From positions 1 to 25,400 of the forward strand of contig JAYTHU010000194.1 of assembly GCA_043732305.1 (NCBI GenBank): a stretch of DNA of 25,400 bases. Reading direction: 5' to 3'. Source of the DNA: Oligoflexia bacterium. Lineage in GTDB: Bacteria; Bdellovibrionota; Bdellovibrionia; JABDDW01. The position numbers and the translations under genes were made by a program. This document shows, in pieces, positions 18,459 through 25,241 of the stretch (positions are counted from its first letter, which is position 1; every line of letters starts with the position of its first letter). The notes under the pieces are model-generated. The model was not told the DNA's origin. It did no database searches and worked only from the letters and a program-made list of their open reading frames with translations.

Positions 18459-19844
18459 TTATCCCTCCGTGAAACTCGTCCCGCCACCACCGCCGCCACC
18501 AAATCTCGCTTGCAAGAACGCGCCTTGAGATTTGAGAGCCGACATAGTTTCTTCGAGATGAGCAAATTGGTTTTTAAGTTGAATCTCTTTCTGTGCTAAA
18601 TTTCTTTCTTTATTCGCTATCTGTTGATCAAACTGGTCAATTTTAGATTTCAGGCCTTGTTCTCTTTGAGTGAGTGGTCCATTGGTAGGATCCAACATTG
18701 TATTCAAAGCATTTTTCATTTGCGGAATAAATCCCACGTCCAGAGCATTTCCTACAAAGAAATTACTGACGTCGGGGAGTTGTTTAGCCACGACGGCATT
18801 GAATTTTTCCTCATCGAAAGCTAACTGCCCTGAACGATTGAAAGTGATTCCCACCTCAGACATATATTTAATTGAACCTTCAACACCGTAAGCGGGGTTT
18901 TGCATAACATTTCGTAAGCGGTTTTCGATGTCTCGCAGCAAGCCGTCACCACCGAGAGTTTTTGTGGTATCAGAATCTTTATCCAATTTATTTTGCGCTT
19001 GAATAAATTGAAAAACGCCATTCATTTGATCTACGAATTTTTTAATCTTACCGGTGATGACTTCTCTATCCTCAGTGATAGATACATTGATTTCTTTTCC
19101 CGGGGACGCAGACTTGAGTTCAATAGTTGCCCCAGGGATAACATCGTCTAATTTATTTTCACTGATATCAAATTCGTAACCGTCTACTTTGACTCGGCCA
19201 TTTTCCGCAGGTCTTTCCTTTTCGATGAAAAAATCTTGGTCGCTATCTAGAAAATAGAACGTAGGAAAATCTATTTTTTGATCATTGCCCACACCTTTGC
19301 CGGAAAGCATGAGACGGTAAGGCGTATCTTTATCTGATTTGTCCTGCAACACAGAAGCTTGAATTCCCAACCCCTTGCCGTTTATAAGTTTTGCCAAACC
19401 ATCGAGCGTGTTATTTTTATCGTCTACATAAAATTCTTTAGATTCTCCATTGGCATCTTTCATTTTGAAATAGCCCACACCAACTTGAGTTTCATTTTTA
19501 TCTGGGAAACCATTGCTCACAGCAGAAGTTTTATGGGCTAGCTTGAGAACTTCGATTTGATAACTTCCGGGCTTGGCGACATTTTTGTCCACGGTGCCAG
19601 AAAGAATATTGGGATCACCAGTCGCTAATTTCACATCCGCAAATCCACGAGTGTTTCCTAATTCACGTAGGCCTGCAAAAATTTCGCGAACTTTTCCAGT
19701 GATATCTTGGACAAGTTTTAATTGTTCTTGGGATTTCCCTTTGCGTACTTCTACAGCTTTTATAGGCATACGTTCAGCATCAACAAGCTGCTGAACAATA
19801 TTGGGTGGTAATCCTGTGTTGATAGAACCAAAACTAATTCCCAC
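18459..19844 (-). CDS. fliD: Flagellar filament cap protein FliD
   Basis: GISFGSINTGL...IVQQLVDAER, G.YQIEV.KLA, VIPGATIEL, L.GDG.LR, L..QF..LE; GTG start with GGAGG RBS. Confidence 0.96.
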   Translation of the reverse strand: MGISFGSINTGLPPNIVQQLVDAERMPIKAVEVRKGKSQEQLKLVQDITGKVREIFAGLRELGNTRGFADVKLATGDPNILSGTVDKNVAKPGSYQIEVLKLAHKTSAVSNGFPDKNETQVGVGYFKMKDANGESKEFYVDDKNNTLDGLAKLINGKGLGIQASVLQDKSDKDTPYRLMLSGKGVGNDQKIDFPTFYFLDSDQDFFIEKERPAENGRVKVDGYEFDISENKLDDVIPGATIELKSASPGKEINVSITEDREVITGKIKKFVDQMNGVFQFIQAQNKLDKDSDTTKTLGGDGLLRDIENRLRNVMQNPAYGVEGSIKYMSEVGITFNRSGQLAFDEEKFNAVVAKQLPDVSNFFVGNALDVGFIPQMKNALNTMLDPTNGPLTQREQGLKSKIDQFDQQIANKERNLAQKEIQLKNQFAHLEETMSALKSQGAFLQARFGGGGGGGTSFTEG

Positions 19845-19946
19845 AGAGTCCTCCTGACAAGAGTGGGTTACCGATAGATTTAGTTTCTCCTATGTAGAAG
19901 AGAAACTATGAGTCAAAAATCTAACTGGTCTATAATTTTGATTTGA

Positions 19947-20318
19947 TTAAAGGGCTTTATTTAAAAGTGTGCCACGCTGTGATTGGTTGCTCTTATTCTT
20001 AACGATGGCCCAAAGTTCAGTATCTGCAATACGGCGAATAATCTTACCGGCGGGATCCTCAACATAAACAGTCACTCGACCTTCATTCCATTCGACTCTG
20101 CATTGAAGATTGTGAATTTTAAAACCAGGGTTCTCTTTCAGAATGGCCACAGCTTCTTTGACTTCTTCTTCTGTGAAACGATGTTGCTCAGGCTCACCAC
20201 CACCACCGCCCCCTTGATTGGGATCACGATCCTGAGTTTGCTGAGCTAGACGTTTAGTCTCAGATCTCTTGACCGAATCTATGGGAACAATATTTCCAAC
20301 AATCGCTTTTATATTCAT
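19947..20318 (-). CDS. flaG: FlaG-like flagellar protein
   Basis: C-terminal V.VEDPAGKIIRRI...E and position between flagellin and fliD. Confidence 0.75.
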   Translation of the reverse strand: MNIKAIVGNIVPIDSVKRSETKRLAQQTQDRDPNQGGGGGGEPEQHRFTEEEVKEAVAILKENPGFKIHNLQCRVEWNEGRVTVYVEDPAGKIIRRIADTELWAIVKNKSNQSQRGTLLNKAL

Positions 20319-20327
20319 CCAATAAAC

Positions 20328-20354
20328 TTGTCGGGAAAAACGTCAAACTCTTTA
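20328..20354 (-). promoter_or_regulatory. sigma28 (FliA) promoter for flaG-fliD-fliS
   Basis: Minus strand TAAA-N15-CCCGACAA (consensus TAAA-N15-GCCGATAA). Confidence 0.75.
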
Positions 20355-20579
20355 ACTGGGCTTTGGAATAGATTTTTTAGGAAAGGACTTCAAGGCAGTT
20401 GAGGCAATCCAGAGAGACTTGGCAATCAAGGATCAAGGATCAATATTTAAGAACTTGTTGATCGGTGGCATCGAATTTATCTGAAGGTTCGAAAAAAACA
20501 ACTGTAGCGGACCTTCGTAAATATTATTTTATTGCACTCGGTTCACTTCGCGAATGTCAGACTTTGCTCCGCTTTTATT

Positions 20580-20653
20580 AATAAGTGAGAGAGAAGTTTT
20601 TCACGACTTCTCCCCCACCAGCATTTCACTCGTAGCGATTCTTTAAATCGCTA
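20580..20653 (-). terminator. Tandem 3' hairpins / probable terminator after flagellin A
   Basis: TAGCGATT-N5-AATCGCTA, then GTGGGGGAGAAGT-N8-ACTTCTCTCTCAC (13 bp with 2 G-U pairs, pairs fully only on the minus strand); weak U tract TTATT. Confidence 0.65.
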
Positions 20654-20656
20654 GAA

Positions 20657-21490
20657 TCATCCAAGCAATTTTAGAGCTAAGTTTCCGCTTTGATTAGCTT
20701 GAGCCAATGTTGCAGCTCCAGCTTGTAACAAAACGTTGTTCTTTGTTAAATCAGCAGTGGCCATTGCAACGTCCGTATCACGGATGCGGCTGTTAGCTGC
20801 TGATAAGTTCTCCTCTTGCACTCCCAAGTTCTGAGTTGTGGATTGCAAGCGGTTCTGAATAGCACCCAAATCTGCTCGTGTGCTATTGACCTTGAGAGAT
20901 GCTTCGTCCAATTTTGCAAGAGCATCTCTTGCGCCATCTTTGGAAGAATAATCTATACTGTCAATATTGAGAGCAGAGATCGTTGCGTCTTGTTTGCCGG
21001 CGTTGAAAGTAATTCTATCTTCACTTTCGTTGTTGTTGATACCGACTTGGAAATCAAATTTATCAGCAGTTCCATCTAAAAGATGAACTGCACCGAATCG
21101 TGTGGTCACAGCGATACGTTGAGACTCAGCTTTCAACTGTTGAACTTCAACGTTGATCATGCCGCGTTCACGGTCACCGATAGTGTCTGAAGAAGCTTGA
21201 ACACCAAGCTCTCTCAGGCGCACCACAATATTGGAAATTTCATTCAAACCACCTTCAGCAGTTTGAATCATGCTGATACCGTCGTTTGCGTTACGACCGG
21301 CTTGACGGAATCCACGGATTTGCGCTTTGAGTGTTTCACTCACTGCTAATCCAGCGGCATCGTCAGAAGATTTATTTATTCTGCTTCCAGATGCAAGTTG
21401 TGCATAAGAGCTCTGGATTTCTCTTTGCGATATGCTCAGATTTCTCTGTGCGTTAATTGATGCTATATTTGTTGATACTCGTAAGCCCAT
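20657..21490 (-). CDS. fliC: Flagellin A (short, 277 aa)
   Basis: MGLRVSTNIASINAQRNL, SGSRIN.SSDDAAGLA, NANDGIS.IQTAEGGL, RADLGAIQNRL, SRIRDTD, AQAN. Confidence 0.98.
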   Translation of the reverse strand: MGLRVSTNIASINAQRNLSISQREIQSSYAQLASGSRINKSSDDAAGLAVSETLKAQIRGFRQAGRNANDGISMIQTAEGGLNEISNIVVRLRELGVQASSDTIGDRERGMINVEVQQLKAESQRIAVTTRFGAVHLLDGTADKFDFQVGINNNESEDRITFNAGKQDATISALNIDSIDYSSKDGARDALAKLDEASLKVNSTRADLGAIQNRLQSTTQNLGVQEENLSAANSRIRDTDVAMATADLTKNNVLLQAGAATLAQANQSGNLALKLLG

Positions 21491-21691
21491 GATAGTCCCC
21501 TTTCACGTGCGGTTTAAAAACTTTCTACATGAAAGTCCAGGGGCCCAAAATTTTTCGTCTCATGATTTGTACTTCAAGTGCGTAACAACTTCTTACGGGG
21601 AAACTGTTAAACTATTCTTTGGTACTGCCTCTTCTTTTTGTGTTCTGGCTCATGGGGTCTAGAATCTTTTGCCTCGTTACCTTCATAATAC

Positions 21692-21718
21692 TTCTCGGCG
21701 ACTGGACTTTTAGCTTAA
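21692..21718 (-). promoter_or_regulatory. sigma28 promoter for flagellin A
   Basis: Minus strand TTAA-N15-GCCGAGAA, about 200 nt upstream of the ATG. Confidence 0.8.
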
Positions 21719-21783
21719 GACCTAGACGAAAGTTCTAGACCGAAGTCTAGTTTAACTAGACCAACGTAGGTAGATTTAGAGAC

Positions 21784-22812
21784 TTACTCGACTTGTAGCG
21801 AGTCGTTTTCAGGACCTTTGGACGGGATTAGTCTCAAAGGTAAATTTAAGAGTAGGTGTCTCAACATTTCGAGCGCAATAAAACAAAGAGCAGTGGTCCC
21901 CATGCTCGACAAAAAGCTCTTTAGACTTTTGTCCATCACACTGTGCGAAAGATTTTTCACATTCAAATATAAAAAGTAAAAAAATAATCCGCCAAATCCA
22001 AGCCACAACCCATACCTAAGGCCAAATGAAATGACCAAATACAGACCAAGAATCAAATAAACAATTCCGAGAGTTACTAAATCAAAAAGCTGCACAAAGG
22101 GAATGAAAATTAAGACAATCTTTTTAAGATGAAATTTTTGCTTAAGGTAAATCAGCACATTCAAAAGATGAAACAATATGATTTTTCCGAATGCAGAAAC
22201 ATAATAGAGAGCAGAAGGAATAAGATCTTTTGGGAGGCTCGGCACTACCAAACTCTCTTGATAATCCATGCTGTAAACAAACTTTACTAAGTTCGCCCGC
22301 CTGTCCATCAAATGATTCCTTGATCTCTCTACTAAATTTAGCAACGTCTCCTCATGAGGAGTCAGAAACAACTCACAAAAGATAAAGGCAACACAGAATG
22401 TGACAATAAGTTGATAGCTCGATTGGAACTCCGGACGCATAACTCCCAAAAGCCACAGAATAGGAAAGCCAAATATCCCAATCATCACCAAGAATTTTAA
22501 AGGCTTAAAAATAATTCGCGTCACCTGTTTCAAAAGTGCCAAGTAGAAACCCATGGTTCCACGAAGGATTCTTGAGTGGTAACTCTTAGATAAAAATATT
22601 TCGGGATCATCTTCGACGTCATGAATATTTTTATACAAAATGTAATTGCAGGTGATCAGAAAAATAAAATAGAAAATAAAGACGGCAGTCAATCCAGGAG
22701 CAGAAAATATTTCAAGTGAAACTTGCTTGATGTGGAGACCGTAGGTGATGAGCAAAGGGATGACAATCGTTCTTGTGAGAGACGCCGACAAGACCGGCTT
22801 TTCAAATTCCAT
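21784..22812 (-). CDS. Hypothetical polytopic membrane protein
   Basis: 342-aa ORF with about 8 hydrophobic segments and no recognised motif. Confidence 0.75.
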   Translation of the reverse strand: MEFEKPVLSASLTRTIVIPLLITYGLHIKQVSLEIFSAPGLTAVFIFYFIFLITCNYILYKNIHDVEDDPEIFLSKSYHSRILRGTMGFYLALLKQVTRIIFKPLKFLVMIGIFGFPILWLLGVMRPEFQSSYQLIVTFCVAFIFCELFLTPHEETLLNLVERSRNHLMDRRANLVKFVYSMDYQESLVVPSLPKDLIPSALYYVSAFGKIILFHLLNVLIYLKQKFHLKKIVLIFIPFVQLFDLVTLGIVYLILGLYLVISFGLRYGLWLGFGGLFFYFLYLNVKNLSHSVMDKSLKSFLSSMGTTALCFIALEMLRHLLLNLPLRLIPSKGPENDSLQVE

Positions 22813-22850
22813 TGATTAAATTTTAGGTGGTTGGCTGATTTTTGCAATAA

Positions 22851-22884
22851 ATAAAAAACTCGGGGGAGGCAAATCCCCCGAGTT
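22851..22884 (-). terminator. Intrinsic terminator after flagellin B
   Basis: AACTCGGGGGA-TTTGCC-TCCCCCGAGTT followed by TTTTAT on the minus strand. Confidence 0.9.
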
Positions 22885-22926
22885 CGGGCTTTAGGCAGGT
22901 CCATTGGTTCCCTTTAAACAATGTTA

Positions 22927-23751
22927 CTAAATCAATTTCAACACTGAGTTGTTGGATGCATTGGCTTGAGCCAGGGTTGCCACGGCAGCTTGTTGCAGGA
23001 TTTGCCCCTGAGCAAGTTCGGCTGATTCATGAGCGATGTCGGCGTCACTAATTCTTGACTTAGCGGCAGACAAGTTCTCGCTCTGAATATCTAAGTTACT
23101 CACAGTGATTTGCAATCGAGACTGCACGGCACCGAAGTCAGCGCGGAGTTTACCGATTTTATCGAGAGACTTGTCTAGTTTAGCAAGTGAATCTCGAGCA
23201 TCCTCTTTATTTCCAACGCTTAGCCCGTCTACTCCTAGAGTGCTTGTGGTGGCATCAGCATTCAAATTGTATTTGATAATGTTTTCTTTTCCAGCAAAGG
23301 CTCCCACATGAAATTCCAGTTGTTCACCAGAACCATCAAGAAGTTGCTTTTCACCGAAGCGAGTAGTGTGAGCGATACGATCAGATTCTTGTAAAAGCTG
23401 TTGCGCTTCTGTGTCTAAGAATCCTCTTTCTTTATCGCTGATATTATCACTCGCTGCTTGAACGCCAAGTTCTCTCAATCGAATCATAATATTCGAAATT
23501 TCATTCAACCCACCTTCACCGACTTGCACGAGTGAGATAGCGTTGTTAGCATTGTTTCGGGCTTGCTTCATTCCGCCCAATTGACCGCGCATATTTTCTG
23601 AAATCGCAAGTCCGGCCGCATCGTCTGCAGCCTTAACGATTCTGCTTCCGGATGATAGTGCTGCGAGAGCATGTTCCGTTCTTGCCTGTTGTGTTCCTAA
23701 ATGTCTCTGTGCGTTGATAGATGCAATGTTAGTGGCAACTCTTAAGCCCAT
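22927..23751 (-). CDS. fliC: Flagellin B (short, 274 aa)
   Basis: MGLRVATNIASINAQRHL, SGSRIVKAADDAAGLAISE, EGGLNEI, RADFGAVQSRL, SRISDAD, LAQAN; AGGAGG RBS. Confidence 0.98.
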   Translation of the reverse strand: MGLRVATNIASINAQRHLGTQQARTEHALAALSSGSRIVKAADDAAGLAISENMRGQLGGMKQARNNANNAISLVQVGEGGLNEISNIMIRLRELGVQAASDNISDKERGFLDTEAQQLLQESDRIAHTTRFGEKQLLDGSGEQLEFHVGAFAGKENIIKYNLNADATTSTLGVDGLSVGNKEDARDSLAKLDKSLDKIGKLRADFGAVQSRLQITVSNLDIQSENLSAAKSRISDADIAHESAELAQGQILQQAAVATLAQANASNNSVLKLI

Positions 23752-23938
23752 AAAAGCCTCCTACAAAATTTTGCGACCCATACCCGTAAGACCATGCTGC
23801 GACTTGAGTCACACGAACCGACAACACGACCATAAATGTAATTGGGTTGGGCCCTCGTTGATCATTGCTTTCATCACCGGGACAGGCGCTGAGAGCTCTA
23901 ACCAGGAGGACCTTCACCACTCACAACTTACAAAGAAC

Positions 23939-23965
23939 TTCTCGGCCTTGGTCCAGGAAACATGA
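23939..23965 (-). promoter_or_regulatory. sigma28 promoter for flagellin B
   Basis: Minus strand TCAT-N15-GCCGAGAA; -10 identical to that of flagellin A, -35 weaker; about 187 nt upstream of the ATG. Confidence 0.65.
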
Positions 23966-24311
23966 GCCCGCGTTAGGACCTTGGTCCGGAACACGTCGCG
24001 TTATGTGCCCGCAGCAACTAGACTTTGTGCCAGATTTATTTATTTTCAGGACTTCGGTACTGTAAAAAAATTAATCATATTACCGAACGGTACGCCGCTA
24101 AAGTTGGCAGTGGGAGCGTGTCATTTACATATGCGATTTTATTGGTTTCAATTTTGGAAAGACAATTCAGTTAAGATTAACTGAGCAGTACCAATCGGTT
24201 CAAACTTGACCAGGATTCTCAAACAATTGATGCAACAAATCTGTCAATTTCAAGATTGAAATTGACGCACAGACGCTACCATAACTAACGGCGTACCTTG
24301 GGTTTTGGGGT

Positions 24312-24821
24312 TTATGGGATGGAGATTTGTACGCTCACATTATTGGTGGCGGGTGGGCATTCGGTGCCATTAATATATTCAACCGCATGATACGTGTAAA
24401 TGTATTGGCCGTTGGCGGCGATAGCTTGAGAGATACAATTGTTAGTGATTTGCTGTGCGGTGGGAAGAACCCAATAACTCTGTCCATTGGTGGCCGCGCA
24501 TGTTACCGCAGCCCCGTTTTCATAAATCGAAAAACTAATTGCGTGATTTACTGTCGCATGAATAACCGCCGATGTACTGGTATCTGCGGAAATCATTTGG
24601 CCGTTCACAATTAAAGATGGCCCAGTGTAGCCGATAGTCGAACAAGAGGATGAGCTCTGAGAGTTATTGTAAAGTTGCGGAGCGCAGTTGTTGTAGCCAA
24701 CCAATATCGCCGCCACAAAAATAAAGAGCATGGAAATTTTTGTACGATAAATATGTCGACGAGCCGGTCGCAAAATATTTTTGTCCGAAGAAGATTTTTT
24801 ATTACCTGATTTTGATTTCAT
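24312..24821 (-). CDS. Hypothetical exported protein / putative lipoprotein
   Basis: Basic n-region, hydrophobic MLFIFVAAILVG, then YNNC and a Ser linker; beta-rich domain with 4 more Cys. Start ATG 24821 (or 24731); the TTG at 24869 lies inside a terminator. Confidence 0.7.
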   Translation of the reverse strand: MKSKSGNKKSSSDKNILRPARRHIYRTKISMLFIFVAAILVGYNNCAPQLYNNSQSSSSCSTIGYTGPSLIVNGQMISADTSTSAVIHATVNHAISFSIYENGAAVTCAATNGQSYWVLPTAQQITNNCISQAIAANGQYIYTYHAVEYINGTECPPATNNVSVQISIP

Positions 24822-24854
24822 AGAAAAATGCCCCCTGCCTGTTAATAGTGTACC

Positions 24855-24895
24855 AAAAGAAATGGCCAAGGAGAACTGGGCAATTCTCCTCGGCC
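24855..24895 (-). terminator. Intrinsic terminator ending the putative ncRNA
   Basis: GGCCGAGGAGAA-TTGCCCAG-TTCTCCTTGGCC (12 bp, one G-U, pairs fully only on the minus strand) followed by ATTTCTTTT. Confidence 0.85.
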
Positions 24896-25208
24896 CTGGG
24901 CTAAATAGGATAGACCTGCGGCAGAGACGGCCTACCCGTGCGGAGTTTCACTAAACTTTAATCATGCAATTAATTTCAACGAGAGCTTTATCGAAATGTT
25001 TCAAATTGCCAAAAACATCGTCTCGATCTTTCGCCGTGAGTCCAGATATTCCGTGATGACTTGCGGTTCAGACCGATACCATTTTATATTTAATCTGGAG
25101 TTCTTGATACTCCCGATTCCCGACCCGCTCGGTGTAGTTGGAAGCAGGTGATTTTACGCTTCCTGTGTTTTTCCTAAATTTCCAAGTCCAGCAACCCTTC
25201 CCGGCCAC
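24855..25208 (-). ncRNA. Putative sigma28-dependent structured non-coding RNA (~350 nt), unknown family
   Basis: Bounded by a near-consensus sigma28 promoter and a strong terminator; no ORF >=60 aa; several hairpins; 5' end complementary to 3' end. Confidence 0.6.
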
Positions 25209-25214
25209 ACATAC

Positions 25215-25241
25215 ATATCGGCGCATCGCGTTAAGACTTTA
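25215..25241 (-). promoter_or_regulatory. sigma28 promoter (best match in the window)
   Basis: Minus strand TAAA-GTCTTAACGCGATGC(15)-GCCGATAT. Confidence 0.88.

Noticed and set aside
18480..18500. Poly-Gly tails in FliD (and FlaG near 20196-20213) as phase-variable repeats
   Set aside because: Mixed GGT/GGC/GGG codons, not a perfect simple-sequence repeat; ordinary flexible linkers.
20530..20572. Loose resemblance to a c-di-GMP-I riboswitch (GCAAA...CATTC...GCAA)
   Set aside because: No proper P2 with GNRA loop, GACGCAAA junction or P3; likely chance.
653..21662. Numerous antisense or shadow ORFs of 60-190 aa in the ORF track
   Set aside because: They overlap well-supported genes on the opposite strand or in another frame and lack motifs.
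21722..21780. CRISPR-like array or transposon end
   Set aside because: Repeats are only 6-8 bp with irregular spacing; no cas, transposase or integrase genes anywhere in the window.
24014..24033. Possible sigma54 promoter TGGCAC...TTGC upstream of flagellin B
   Set aside because: Spacing is N9 rather than the strict N5, so GG-N10-GC is not satisfied.
23714..24184. Short ORFs in the flagellin B upstream region (e.g. 23729-23920 -, 23865-24065 +, 23981-24184 +)
   Set aside because: No RBS, atypical composition; better explained as leader and promoter DNA.
24855..25208. tmRNA, RNase P or SRP identity for the ~350-nt RNA
   Set aside because: No tRNA-like ends or CCA, no GAGGAAAGUCC/CAGAA..CGGCUUA P4 elements, no SRP helix-8 motif; a sigma28 promoter would also be atypical.
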